A DNA stretch of 48,940 nucleotides from a virus: the IMG/VR virus record IMGVR_UViG_3300034408_000007, positions 1 through 48,940 of that record. One strand, given 5' to 3'. Below, one piece after another: positions 1-8,866 of this stretch. Within the stretch, counting starts at the first letter, position 1, and each line of letters starts with the position of its first letter. The position numbers and the translations under genes were made by a program. Below the pieces are notes generated by a model that ran no database searches, was not told the origin of the DNA, and saw only the letters and a program-made list of their open reading frames with translations.

Positions 1-55
1 TGTCCCGTTTGATATAATTAATGAGTCAGCAGCAAGGTCAGCAGAGTCAGCAGCA
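1..55 (+). repeat. Terminal overlap, identical to 48886-48940
   Basis: Exact 55/55 match read by eye (tgtcccgtttgatataattaatgagtcagcagcaaggtcagcagagtcagcagca). Confidence 0.95.
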
Positions 56-313
56 AGGTCAGCAGCATGGTCAGCAGGGTCAGCAGCATGGTCAGCAGAG
101 TCAGCAGCATGGTCAGCAAGGTCAGCAGGGTCAGCAGAGTCAGCAGCAAGGTCAGCAGAGTCAGCAGCATGGTCAGCAAGGTCAGCAGCATGGTCAGCAG
201 AGTCAGCAAGAGAAAATTACTATTTATTTTTAAAAGAAATATTGTTTAATTGTATAACTAAAGAAGTGTCAATATTAAAAGATGATAATGTCAAGACACT
301 AGTTAGAAAGTAA
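2..313 (+). CDS. 3' part of the junction-spanning ORF that starts at 48461: SAA(R/W)/SA(E/G/R) repeat region plus a 35-aa tail, stop TAA 311-313
   Basis: The frame of ORF 48461.. continues without a stop when 48885 is joined to 1. This frame has no ATG, so the ORF track misses it. It ends 25 nt before the next gene. Confidence 0.6.
   Translation, partial: VPFDIINESAARSAESAARSAAWSAGSAAWSAESAAWSARSAGSAESAARSAESAAWSARSAAWSAESARENYYLFLKEILFNCITKEVSILKDDNVKTLVRK
24..209 (+). repeat. Tandem array of 18 units, RGTCAGCAR with an optional CAW extension (9- or 12-nt units)
   Basis: Units counted directly in the sequence. GC-rich relative to flanks. No stop codon in any + frame or in one - frame. Confidence 0.95.
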
Positions 314-337
314 TTTAAAAATAAAATAAGTTAAGTT

Positions 338-727
338 ATGACATTAATTAAAGACATAAAAAAGGAGGCTTTGAAATTGGTTTTTGACAACTCAGAACCA
401 AATATAGAAAACCTAAAGAAATCTATAGATAATCTTGAGAAAAACTTAATAAAAGTAAAGAGAGCTGAAGAATTAATAGTTGCTCACGGAGGGTGTGGCA
501 GCACTTTATTTTCAAAAGAAAGGTCTCATAAGAGGTCTAGATTAAGGTATATACTTTACAAAATAGCTTTTGATTGTGGTTTTTCCATACCTCAGTTAAA
601 CGTTAGATATGGGGTTTCAAACAGAACGATAAACAATGGTTTGGTTTGCCATGAAAACTTTATTGAAACAAGTTATAAGGAATATTGTGACATATATAAC
701 AATGTGTTAAAAGACTTGGAGGGTTAA
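338..727 (+). CDS. Putative HTH DNA-binding protein (weak DnaA domain IV-like pattern)
   Basis: Segment KRSRLRYILYKIAFDCGFSIPQLNVRYGVSNRTINNGL resembles the DnaA C-terminal HTH pattern. First gene of the replication block. Confidence 0.45.
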   Translation: MTLIKDIKKEALKLVFDNSEPNIENLKKSIDNLEKNLIKVKRAEELIVAHGGCGSTLFSKERSHKRSRLRYILYKIAFDCGFSIPQLNVRYGVSNRTINNGLVCHENFIETSYKEYCDIYNNVLKDLEG

Positions 728-729
728 TT

Positions 730-1473
730 ATGACTAGCTACGAACTTTCAAGAGATTGGTTTGATTTCTGTTTTTCAAACCCTGAAAAGGTTAAGCCAGT
801 ACACACTGCTATCTATTTTTTTACAATAGAACATTGCAACAGGCTAGGCTGGAAGGATAAGTTTGGGTTACCTAGTCAAATGGTAATGGAGGCCGTTGGA
901 ATAAAAAATTGGAGAACGTACTCTAAAGCTTTACGTGAAATTGTTGATTGGGGTTTCATAGAAATGATAGAAATTTCAAAAAATCAGTACTCAAGTAACA
1001 TAGTTGCTATTGTAAAAAATACCAAAGCAACTACCAAAGCACTAGACAAAGCACTGCAAAAGCACAGTACAAAGCAACGTCAAAGCATTGTTAGTATAAA
1101 TAAACCTTTAAACAATATAACAAAGAACAATATAACCCGTCAACACAGCGAAGAAGTTTTTCAAACTTTTCACGACATAAAAAATCTTTTTCCAATTCCT
1201 CCAAAAAAAGAAAGTCTTTGGTTGGATGAAATTGACAGGTTAAATCGGATTGACAAATTAGAATTCAAAAAAATAATTGAAATTGTTAAATGGGCTAGGT
1301 CAGATAATTTTTGGAAAAACCAATTTTTATCAATTATGAAACTGAGAAAGAACAACAGGGATGGAATTAAATATTACAAATTCTTCATTATCCAAATGGA
1401 TTCAACAGGAAAAGAAAAAACAGGGCAGTATAAACCAAAAAAATCAAACGAAGACTATGGATTTACAGGTTGA
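730..1473 (+). CDS. Putative replication initiator / replisome-organizer-like protein
   Basis: The N-terminal segment resembles a winged-helix fold. The gene lies immediately upstream of the helicase loader. Position-based call. Confidence 0.45.
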   Translation: MTSYELSRDWFDFCFSNPEKVKPVHTAIYFFTIEHCNRLGWKDKFGLPSQMVMEAVGIKNWRTYSKALREIVDWGFIEMIEISKNQYSSNIVAIVKNTKATTKALDKALQKHSTKQRQSIVSINKPLNNITKNNITRQHSEEVFQTFHDIKNLFPIPPKKESLWLDEIDRLNRIDKLEFKKIIEIVKWARSDNFWKNQFLSIMKLRKNNRDGIKYYKFFIIQMDSTGKEKTGQYKPKKSNEDYGFTG

Positions 1474-2146
1474 TAGGTTTGGTGTTTGTAGTGATATCGA
1501 GACAAGAGAGGTTGTTATGAATGATGAATACATGAAGTTTTTACACCACGATTTTAAACAAAAATCAAATGAAATGTTATTCAAACAAGGTAAAAGTTTC
1601 AAGCTTAACAATGAAGAACAAACTCATTTTTACGGTACTATTTTACGATACTTCGCTAGGAATAAAAGCTTTTACGATTCAAAAATAATATTGAACAAGG
1701 GGCAGGCCGATCTATCTAAAGGTTTGCTAGTTCTTGGCGGTAATGGAGTAGGTAAGACTTTTGTGTTTCGTGTTATGCATGAGCTTAACCAAATGCTGAG
1801 AGTGTCTGAGAATCAATTTTCATTCTCATGTTCTGATGAAATTGTCCATGAATTCAACAAGGGAGGAATTGAAGCTATTCAAAGAATGTTTGTAGGACAG
1901 AGGTATTTTGATGATTTAGGAACTGAAGAGGTTGGTAGTCATTACGGCCAGTCAGAACTAATGAGGGTTGTACTTCAAAAAAGACATGATTTATTTATTG
2001 AAACTGGAAAAAAAACATTTATGACTTCAAATTATGGTCAAGAGGAATTAATGAAAAGATATGGCAATAGAGCAGAATCTAGACTTTTTGAAATGTTTAA
2101 TATCATAGCTTTTACTGGTGTTGATAGACGTAAAAAAGAAAATTGA
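1457..2146 (+). CDS. DnaC/IstB-like AAA+ helicase loader
   Basis: Walker A GGNGVGKTF and Walker B-like YFDDLG. Start moved to in-frame ATG 1457 (17-nt overlap with the upstream gene) rather than 1361. Confidence 0.7.
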   Translation: MDLQVDRFGVCSDIETREVVMNDEYMKFLHHDFKQKSNEMLFKQGKSFKLNNEEQTHFYGTILRYFARNKSFYDSKIILNKGQADLSKGLLVLGGNGVGKTFVFRVMHELNQMLRVSENQFSFSCSDEIVHEFNKGGIEAIQRMFVGQRYFDDLGTEEVGSHYGQSELMRVVLQKRHDLFIETGKKTFMTSNYGQEELMKRYGNRAESRLFEMFNIIAFTGVDRRKKEN

Positions 2147-2616
2147 GAACTGAAGTATTAAATATACTGATTAAAAAACAAAATAAAATGAAAGATTTAA
2201 GATTGAATTACGAAGAGGTTGGATATGTTGCTTGTATCACGTCTGAAGAAGCAAAAACTATATTTTGCCAACTACTCGACAAAGATAAGGTTTCAAAAAC
2301 AGACAGTGCTACAGTTGAAGAATTAAACCCTTATATCGGGAGGTTAAAAAGTGTTGACCCAAGGTATGACGGTGAATGGAAGCTCGAGAAGATTTTATCA
2401 CAAATCAATTTGAAATTTCAATCAGAACTAAAAAACAAGCCTATGATTAAGAAATTAAAATTCACAGGAGGAAAGAAGATATTCTATAAAGTTTTGAATC
2501 AAGATCAATTAAGTAAAGCAGAGAAAGCTTTAGGTGAGGCGCATATCCATCTGTACGGTATGAAATCTTTTGCCGATACATCAAGTCATGAAGATTATTC
2601 CTTCATGCCAAAGTAA
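2143..2616 (+). CDS. Hypothetical protein
   Basis: Same-strand packed ORF. The track start is TTG; the alternative ATG is at 2188. Confidence 0.55.
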   Translation: MRTEVLNILIKKQNKMKDLRLNYEEVGYVACITSEEAKTIFCQLLDKDKVSKTDSATVEELNPYIGRLKSVDPRYDGEWKLEKILSQINLKFQSELKNKPMIKKLKFTGGKKIFYKVLNQDQLSKAEKALGEAHIHLYGMKSFADTSSHEDYSFMPK

Positions 2617-2649
2617 AAATAAATTAATAACAAATAAAAACAAAAAACA

Positions 2650-2922
2650 ATGACAAAAGTTGAATTAGTAAAAGGAATGGTTGAAGAAACAGGAATGACA
2701 AGTAGCGTTTGTTTATCAGCATTAGAAGCATTCATGACAGTAACAAAGAAAAACATGACTAAAGGCAGAAATATCTATTTAAGAGGCTTCGGTACTTTCG
2801 AGTTAAAACAACGAGCAAGTAAGTTAGGTAGAGACATATCAAGAAACAAGTCTGTGTTTATTCCAGCTCACAAATTAGTAACCTTTAAGCCGTGTAAGGA
2901 ATTTAAAGACGCTGCAAAATAA
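2650..2922 (+). CDS. HU/IHF-family DNA-binding protein
   Basis: 90 aa with typical HU pattern (LRGFGTFELKQRASKLGRD...FKP). Confidence 0.9.
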   Translation: MTKVELVKGMVEETGMTSSVCLSALEAFMTVTKKNMTKGRNIYLRGFGTFELKQRASKLGRDISRNKSVFIPAHKLVTFKPCKEFKDAAK

Positions 2923-2928
2923 AACCTA

Positions 2929-2964
2929 AACAGAGGGTTTGAATGTGTTTTCAAGCTCTCTGTT
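2929..2964 (+). terminator. Long hairpin after the HU gene (about 15 bp including 2 G-U pairs, 6-nt loop)
   Basis: aacagagggtttgaa/ttcaagctctctgtt pairing checked by eye. No clear T tract. Confidence 0.45.
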
Positions 2965-2993
2965 GAACTTTAACTAAAAAGCTAACACTTATT

Positions 2994-3029
2994 AGGGGTT
3001 GAAATTATAAACGTTTAAAACGAATTAAA
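2994..3029 (+). promoter_or_regulatory. Conserved leader AGGGGTTGAAATT..TAAAACGAATTAAA, copy 1
   Basis: Same two blocks occur at 25717-25757 upstream of the tail tube gene. Confidence 0.5.
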
Positions 3030-3296
3030 ATGCATACAGAGAACAACGAAGACAAATACTACTGGATATCATTTAAAAATTTCGCAACTACCATTTTACT
3101 TGTTGGGTTTATAGGATTCGGAATAGGCGCTATCTGTTCTATTCATTACATGACATCTAACGAGGTTAAGTTAAACGAAGAAATCAGCATTAAAAACAAA
3201 GAGATTGAAACCCTTAAAAGGCACAACAGCGAGATATTTAAAGTTAGTGTTAAGGCAAATAATAAGTTTAACCGTGAAAAGTTGAGAGGTAGGTGA
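3030..3296 (+). CDS. Small membrane protein (one TM)
   Basis: Hydrophobic segment TTILLVGFIGFGIGAICSI followed by a coiled-coil-like tail. Confidence 0.6.
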   Translation: MHTENNEDKYYWISFKNFATTILLVGFIGFGIGAICSIHYMTSNEVKLNEEISIKNKEIETLKRHNSEIFKVSVKANNKFNREKLRGR

Positions 3297-3349
3297 GTTA
3301 GAGGTTTAGGGAATGTACAGGAATTTTAACGATTAAATAAACAGAAATA

Positions 3350-3754
3350 ATGACAGCAAAAGAATGGTTATTAAGTACAGATAAAGAAATTGAAGAATCA
3401 GTATCTAATGGATATGATATAAGACTTGACGAATATCAGTTATTAAAAAAGATGGAATCTTACCACCAAGCTAAGTTAAAATTATTAGGTACACCCTTTT
3501 TTGCGAAGCAAAGCGAACAGTTATCCGAGTTAAAGTGCCCACCTAGTGATATGTGTAAAATTATATGTGAGGAATCCGCTATGGTTAGTAACAGTAAAAA
3601 AGGCAGTGAGTTTGAGGATTGGCTTAAAAAACAACACTTAAGAGAGGTGATTACTAGGGAGTATACATGGAAAGGTTTTATACTTGATGAAGAATTTGTT
3701 TTGGCAAAATTCAACGAAGATAAAAAACTAAACAAAAAAAATGGAAACATATGA
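3350..3754 (+). CDS. Hypothetical protein
   Basis: Packed same-strand ORF with ATG start. Confidence 0.6.
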   Translation: MTAKEWLLSTDKEIEESVSNGYDIRLDEYQLLKKMESYHQAKLKLLGTPFFAKQSEQLSELKCPPSDMCKIICEESAMVSNSKKGSEFEDWLKKQHLREVITREYTWKGFILDEEFVLAKFNEDKKLNKKNGNI

Positions 3755-3987
3755 AAGCACCACAATTAGGAGATTATTTACTTTGGAAAGGACAACTGGC
3801 AAAGATAGTTTATGAAACAGACCGTAGAGCGGTAGGAATTGAATTAGTAGAAAACAGCAAATGCCCTCATTGCAATGGTGATTTAGGTAAAAAGCAAATA
3901 CATATAATACCAAGTTCACCATTGTTTCAAGAAAACGCTGAAACTTTGCCAGTAATGCTAGATGATGACACGGTAAAAATTTATTGA
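3751..3987 (+). CDS. Hypothetical protein (one CxxC)
   Basis: ATGA overlap with the upstream gene. Confidence 0.6.
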   Translation: MKAPQLGDYLLWKGQLAKIVYETDRRAVGIELVENSKCPHCNGDLGKKQIHIIPSSPLFQENAETLPVMLDDDTVKIY

Positions 3988-4002
3988 TTATAAAACAACA
4001 AC

Positions 4003-4305
4003 ATGAAAGATTCAGAAAGTATAACAATACTGGTTTTAACAGTAGCAGCATTACTACTAGTAATTGCCTTTATCATCGTTACCGTTCTCCCTGTTTGGGT
4101 TCAGAAATGGCAAATAAAAAGAGGGATTCAAAAACCTGTTGAGGGTAGATTTGCGGCTAATAGAAAGTACTGGGTAAAAATAAACAATAATCACTACAAG
4201 TACGATTGTGTATTTAGAAACGGAGAATTGTTTTTAGCAAAGGAAGGTGTTAATGTTATGGTTGACCCGAAAGAGTTTGATAATTACGAAATAGTTGAGA
4301 TATGA
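4003..4305 (+). CDS. Small membrane protein
   Basis: N-terminal TM ITILVLTVAALLLVIAFIIVTVL. Confidence 0.6.
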   Translation: MKDSESITILVLTVAALLLVIAFIIVTVLPVWVQKWQIKRGIQKPVEGRFAANRKYWVKINNNHYKYDCVFRNGELFLAKEGVNVMVDPKEFDNYEIVEI

Positions 4306-4478
4306 AAAAGATAAAAAGGTTAATTAGTTGTAAATTATTTAAATACCATAATTGGACTTCGAATTATAATGAAGATATTCCACCTACAGAAGATCAGTTA
4401 GGATCAATAAAAGGTTTTTGGGATTATGCAAAAATGTATTGCAAGGATTGTGGAGCTGAATCAAAATTTAATAAGTAA
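4302..4478 (+). CDS. Hypothetical 58-aa protein (below the ORF-track cutoff)
   Basis: ATG 4302 overlaps the upstream stop, and its TAA overlaps the next ATG (TAATG). It fills an otherwise empty 170-nt gap. Confidence 0.45.
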   Translation: MKKIKRLISCKLFKYHNWTSNYNEDIPPTEDQLGSIKGFWDYAKMYCKDCGAESKFNK

Positions 4479-4831
4479 TGAAAAGTTTTGGATTTGAAAT
4501 TAGAAAGGCGGGATCAATAAACAGTCTATATGAGGATGTTGATAAGATTCTTGAGGGTAGCGGATTAGATAAATCTGATGTAACTATTGATATTCAGATT
4601 CAAGCAGTTGCACATACTTTACATAAAATGTTAAAGCCAAATACGCATTTTTCAATATGTACAATTGATAAATGTGTTGAGATATCACAAGTAGTTATAT
4701 CTAAAGAGAGGTATGATGTTTATTCGTCTATTCATTGTATGAGTTGGAGTGAAATGGAGGAAAGTTTTAGGCAGAATATTATAGCTATGGTACTTGATGA
4801 TTTTAGAAGTGTACTTATGTTTAATAGTTGA
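4478..4831 (+). CDS. Hypothetical protein
   Basis: Packed same-strand ORF. Confidence 0.6.
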   Translation: MKSFGFEIRKAGSINSLYEDVDKILEGSGLDKSDVTIDIQIQAVAHTLHKMLKPNTHFSICTIDKCVEISQVVISKERYDVYSSIHCMSWSEMEESFRQNIIAMVLDDFRSVLMFNS

Positions 4832-4913
4832 GATATAACTTTAAATAAATTAAGTTAAAAACTTGTTAATCAGTTAAATAATTAGTAAATTAGTGTATAA
4901 TAAATAATCTTAT

Positions 4914-5513
4914 ATGGGGTATATAAATTACATAGCATCAATTCCAAGAAAGGAATATGATAAGATAAAAAACTTTACAAAAGAAGAATTGTACTTGTAC
5001 AAGAACGAGCCAATGGATGATATGGGTTATGTTGGCGTATATGATGTGGCTCAAACAAAACTTTATGAATTAGGTAAATACGTTGATTCATTTCCAAAAC
5101 GACTATTTAAACCTGTTTTTTTGAATAAGGAATTGCAAAAGGATTTTACAGAAGAACACGATTTTTATTTGGTAGGTAAAAAGTTTTTAGAAGCTGTTGC
5201 TGATTTATACGCAAAAAAAGTCAAAGACTACTACAGTGAAATGTTAACCCCTCTTTTGACAGATGATAAATACCGAAGGCTTAAAGACCCTAAAGATTAT
5301 AATTCAGAAGATGTTTTTAAAATAGCCGAACATATAAAAAGCATGGCTTCTGAGTGGGGTTTATCTCCTTTTTCAAATGAACCACCTTACAACCTAAATA
5401 ATGGGGATGCAATAACAACTAGCTGGAAGTATGAGTATGCCCAATTTGAATTGGTAAGAATTTACAAAACATTTGATTGGAAAAACAATGTGTTGATTTA
5501 CTATGGATACTAA
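4914..5513 (+). CDS. Hypothetical protein
   Basis: 199-aa ORF with no competing frame. Confidence 0.65.
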   Translation: MGYINYIASIPRKEYDKIKNFTKEELYLYKNEPMDDMGYVGVYDVAQTKLYELGKYVDSFPKRLFKPVFLNKELQKDFTEEHDFYLVGKKFLEAVADLYAKKVKDYYSEMLTPLLTDDKYRRLKDPKDYNSEDVFKIAEHIKSMASEWGLSPFSNEPPYNLNNGDAITTSWKYEYAQFELVRIYKTFDWKNNVLIYYGY

Positions 5514-5543
5514 ACCAAAACCATGTAAAGGAACAGAGAAATT

Positions 5544-5897
5544 ATGAAATTTAAAGAAGATGATTTACAGATGGCAGTTGCAAGGTATTTAGATTACTCT
5601 AATTACTTATGGTTTCACGTTGCTAATGAAAGGAAGGCTAGTAATGTTGCTGGTGTAAGGCTTAAAAAAAAAGGAGTTAAAAGCGGCGTCCCAGATATTA
5701 TGATATTTGAGCCTAATGAAAAGTATTCAGGTTTAGCGATAGAGTTAAAGATAAAACCTAATAAAACTACACCAAACCAAGATAAATGGTTGGAAGACTT
5801 GAATAAAAAAGGTTGGTCAACACATGTTTGCTATAGCTTAGATGAAGTTATCAAGACACTTGAATATCATACAGGCACTGGACTAAAGAATAATTGA
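5544..5897 (+). CDS. VRR-NUC domain nuclease
   Basis: PD-(D/E)xK pattern GVPDIMIF...LAIELK, plus typical size. Confidence 0.8.
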   Translation: MKFKEDDLQMAVARYLDYSNYLWFHVANERKASNVAGVRLKKKGVKSGVPDIMIFEPNEKYSGLAIELKIKPNKTTPNQDKWLEDLNKKGWSTHVCYSLDEVIKTLEYHTGTGLKNN

Positions 5898-5949
5898 AGC
5901 AGATAAGAATTAAAGCGAAAGGAATAATTAAAAATTTAAACGGAAAATA

Positions 5950-6390
5950 ATGACAAAAGAAGAAAAGAAAATAATATTCAAAGGTTTGTGTGAGAGTTTG
6001 CCTTATGGAGTTAAATGTGTTCATTTTGATAAGCAAAAAAAGATTTTACCGACAATTGGCAGTTCAAATAATTGGATAGGACTAAAAGCTGTGGTTAGAA
6101 GTTTGGATACAGATAATATTTACACACCTATTTTCTACCCTTTATCAATGCTAGACAAACCAATAATAGTAGAAGGTTATAATGATGGTAAAGAGTTTGT
6201 GCCTATTGATTACCTATTTAAAATGTACCCAAGAGTGACAAAGTCCTCATTCGGAATGCTACAAGATATTAAGTCTATGGTTGATATGATGGAGTTTTCA
6301 ATTGTTCAAGAGCTACAAAAAATGGGTTTCTGGATATATGATCAGTCCTACTTTGAAAAAGGGTATCTAATTGATAAATCAAAATTGTAA
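5950..6390 (+). CDS. Hypothetical protein
   Basis: Packed same-strand ORF. Confidence 0.6.
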   Translation: MTKEEKKIIFKGLCESLPYGVKCVHFDKQKKILPTIGSSNNWIGLKAVVRSLDTDNIYTPIFYPLSMLDKPIIVEGYNDGKEFVPIDYLFKMYPRVTKSSFGMLQDIKSMVDMMEFSIVQELQKMGFWIYDQSYFEKGYLIDKSKL

Positions 6391-6393
6391 ATT

Positions 6394-6576
6394 ATGATAG
6401 AAGAATTTAAAAAAAAGGTTTCTGAATGGTCGAGGGGATTAGAGATTAGAGATTCAAAAACTAAAGAAGAATTGGAACGTTCATTAAAATCAATACATTG
6501 GAGTTTAGAGTGTGAACTACACCAAGAGTACAAAACTTTAAGAGAAGAAATTGAAAGTTTAGACATACCCGATTAA
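6394..6576 (+). CDS. Hypothetical small protein
   Basis: 60-aa ORF filling the gap. Confidence 0.5.
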   Translation: MIEEFKKKVSEWSRGLEIRDSKTKEELERSLKSIHWSLECELHQEYKTLREEIESLDIPD

Positions 6577-6586
6577 ACCAAAACAA

Positions 6587-7126
6587 ATGAGAGAAATACT
6601 ATTCAAAGGAATAAGAGAAGATGATGGAGAATGGGTTGAGGGATGCTTAGTTAATAATATGTGGACTTATTCAGCATTTAGCAAATATAAAACAGGCAGT
6701 AAAGTTTGTGAAATAATCACTGGGTTTTATGAAGATGATGATTGGTTAAGTGCAGTTGAATTTAGTCAAGATGAATTGATCGTAAAAGTCTTACCAGAAT
6801 CAGTATGTCAATACACTGGATTAAAAGATGTAAACGGTAAAAAGATATTTGAGGGGGATGTTTTCAGACAAGAAATAGCACATGACAATGGTGATGAAAG
6901 ACATTACTTAATTGTGATGTGGATTCCTCAGAGGGCAGCTTATTATTTGGTTGATGCTTGTCATTATAATGTTTTGGTAGATAATGAAGATAATGGGATC
7001 GAAAATGACAAGGATTTTTATTGGTTATTTCAAGACGCTACATTATATGATTTCAGCCTAAACATTGGGAAGCTTCCGTTAATTGGAAATTTTCATGATG
7101 AAAGAGTTAAAAAGCTTATTTATTAA
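6587..7126 (+). CDS. YopX-family protein
   Basis: MREILFKG...W, and YTGLKDVNGKKIFEGDVF typical of YopX. Confidence 0.8.
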   Translation: MREILFKGIREDDGEWVEGCLVNNMWTYSAFSKYKTGSKVCEIITGFYEDDDWLSAVEFSQDELIVKVLPESVCQYTGLKDVNGKKIFEGDVFRQEIAHDNGDERHYLIVMWIPQRAAYYLVDACHYNVLVDNEDNGIENDKDFYWLFQDATLYDFSLNIGKLPLIGNFHDERVKKLIY

Positions 7127-7150
7127 TAAACAATAGGAAACATAAACAAC

Positions 7151-7187
7151 AAAGCGTAAACCGAAAAGCTTTAATAGAGTAGGTGAA
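7151..7187 (+). promoter_or_regulatory. Stem-loop (AAAGC/GCTTT, loop ending CCGAAAA) + ATAGAGTAGGTGAA box, copy 1
   Basis: Second copy at 7566-7599 with compensatory stem changes. 16 nt upstream of ATG 7204. Confidence 0.5.
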
Positions 7188-7203
7188 CAAAATAAATAAA
7201 AAT

Positions 7204-7521
7204 ATGGATACATCATTATGTGAAGTGGGAAAAATGGAATTAGTTGAAAATGGATATAAATTTCAAATAACTGTAATTCTTGGTTACAAGTCAGAAAAAG
7301 GAGAGTTGTTCGATAATAAAAAGTTAAAAACATGGCATTTATTAAGTATAGAGTGTGATAGTCTTGATTTTAAACTATCAAAAGAAGTTGAGTCTGAAGA
7401 ATTAGAGCAAGAAATTGAGAACTTTAAAGAAAAAGCAAAAGAAGTTTCAAACCCCAAGAAAGAGGAAGAAAAATCTGTTGAAAGATTAACATTGTCTCAC
7501 CTAGGATTCAAATTTGATTAA
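7204..7521 (+). CDS. Hypothetical protein
   Basis: Track start 7183 is a GTG inside the conserved upstream box. ATG 7204 matches the spacing seen for the 7615 gene. Confidence 0.55.
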   Translation: MDTSLCEVGKMELVENGYKFQITVILGYKSEKGELFDNKKLKTWHLLSIECDSLDFKLSKEVESEELEQEIENFKEKAKEVSNPKKEEEKSVERLTLSHLGFKFD

Positions 7522-7565
7522 TCAAATCCAAGGGCGGATAGGAAACTTGAAGCCCTTATTTTAAA

Positions 7566-7599
7566 AACGGGAAGCCGAAAACGTTATAGAGTAGGTGAA
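7566..7599 (+). promoter_or_regulatory. Stem-loop (AACG/CGTT, loop ending CCGAAAA) + ATAGAGTAGGTGAA box, copy 2
   Basis: Matches 7151-7187. 15 nt upstream of ATG 7615. Confidence 0.5.
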
Positions 7600-7614
7600 T
7601 TAAAAAATATAAAA

Positions 7615-8007
7615 ATGAGTGATTTTAAATGGTTTTTAGTAATAGCAGGTTATATTGTTATTATTGCATTATCTCTAATAATAGGGATTCCAAAGTATAA
7701 TGTTTGGCGTTCCAGTATAGCTATTGAGACAGCCGAAAATAACGGAAAAGCGGAAATGGCGCAAGCTGAACAAAACAGAATGATACTGATTGAAGAAGCA
7801 AAGGCAAATCTTGAAGCGCAAAAACTTAACAGTCAAGCCGAGGTAGAGAGGGCTAAAGGAATGGCGCAAGCAATTGAAATTGAGAATGGGAAATTAACGA
7901 ATAGGTATATTCATTATTTGTGGGTCAGAAACATTGATAAGATGGATGGTGAAAAAATTTACATACCAACAGAAGCTAATGTGCCAATTTTGGAGGCAAG
8001 AAATTGA
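7615..8007 (+). CDS. N-terminally anchored membrane protein (weak SPFH/band-7-like tail)
   Basis: TM WFLVIAGYIVIIALSLIIGI followed by an Ala/Glu-rich helical region. Confidence 0.55.
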   Translation: MSDFKWFLVIAGYIVIIALSLIIGIPKYNVWRSSIAIETAENNGKAEMAQAEQNRMILIEEAKANLEAQKLNSQAEVERAKGMAQAIEIENGKLTNRYIHYLWVRNIDKMDGEKIYIPTEANVPILEARN

Positions 8008-8069
8008 TCTTTTTTCCGCTTTTAATGGTTGGGGAGTTAAGAACCATTTTAATTAAAAATAAAAATATT

Positions 8070-8333
8070 ATGAATAAATGGAATAGGTATAGGTTAAAAA
8101 CTTACGCATTTGAAGATAACAGACCTATTGTGTATAATGAAAAATATCCTTGGTGGTGTTCTGGCTATGGTGGGGATTCAAGTGGAGAATATTCAGTTAT
8201 AATTGCTTGGTTGCCGAAAGGTGAAGACATCCTGAAGTATTGGGATGATGCTTTTGATATTGAATTCACAGAAGAAGACAGTATAATTTTTTCTGATAGG
8301 TTTCCTAAGCTTGAATATTTTGTAGAAAGCTAA
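8070..8333 (+). CDS. Hypothetical protein
   Basis: Track start 8004 is TTG. The first ATG is at 8070 (MNKWNRY). Confidence 0.55.
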   Translation: MNKWNRYRLKTYAFEDNRPIVYNEKYPWWCSGYGGDSSGEYSVIIAWLPKGEDILKYWDDAFDIEFTEEDSIIFSDRFPKLEYFVES

Positions 8334-8358
8334 CACATATTTTAATAAAAACAAGATT

Positions 8359-8601
8359 ATGAAAGAGAATATTAGTAATACAGATAATTACATTCCATAT
8401 GGAGAAGAATGGAAAAAAGAATTAATGAAGTGGAGAAAATCAGATTTAATTGAACTTCTTAAAAATACCTTAATTAAGTCTAATGATCAAATTATTGCAC
8501 AAGCATACGCTAAATTCTGTATAGAGTGTGATAGAAAAAATTTAAAGTTGTTATGTTTTTCAGATTGGCTGATTAAATATAGTGATGTACAAAATTTTTA
8601 A
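8359..8601 (+). CDS. Hypothetical protein
   Basis: Packed same-strand ORF. Confidence 0.6.
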   Translation: MKENISNTDNYIPYGEEWKKELMKWRKSDLIELLKNTLIKSNDQIIAQAYAKFCIECDRKNLKLLCFSDWLIKYSDVQNF

Positions 8602-8615
8602 ATAAAAACTAAGTA

Positions 8616-8852
8616 ATGGCATTAAAAGATAATGATTACTATGAGAATAATAACAGCATGAGAACTATGGCAGGTGAAAATGGTGATTATTATATCCAAT
8701 TATGGACAAAAGACGAAGATGGTAAAAATCAGTTTATAGGATTTAGGGCCTGTATGTCAGGTGGACCTATAAAATCTAATAGACTAAAATTAGCCTTTGC
8801 TGAGTTGCATAGAGCAATGGAGGAAGCAGAGTTGAATGATTACCCAGAATAA
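8616..8852 (+). CDS. Hypothetical protein
   Basis: Packed same-strand ORF. Confidence 0.6.
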   Translation: MALKDNDYYENNNSMRTMAGENGDYYIQLWTKDEDGKNQFIGFRACMSGGPIKSNRLKLAFAELHRAMEEAELNDYPE

Positions 8853-8866
8853 AAAATTATTGAATT

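Noticed and set aside
1-55. True direct terminal repeat of the virion DNA
   Set aside because: It cannot be told apart from an assembler overlap of a circular or circularly permuted genome. 55 bp is a typical k-mer-sized overlap. It is kept as a repeat feature only.
24-209. Possible CRISPR array
   Set aside because: Units are 9-12 nt and directly abutting, with no spacers. The same applies to 47996-48199.
21-233. Q-rich ORF (MSQQQGQQ...), plus ORF 67-249 and reverse ORF 18-209 over the CAG-rich array
   Set aside because: The array has no stops in several frames, so these ORFs are composition artefacts. Only the frame continuing from 48461 links to a long non-repeat N-domain and runs on to 313.
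1361-1456. Upstream extension of the DnaC-like ORF
   Set aside because: It would overlap the preceding gene by 113 nt. In-frame ATG 1457 gives the usual short overlap.
3460-4051. Reverse ORFs 3460-3765 and 3728-4051
   Set aside because: They are antisense to a packed run of plus-strand genes with overlapping start/stop signals. They are hydrophobic shadow translations.
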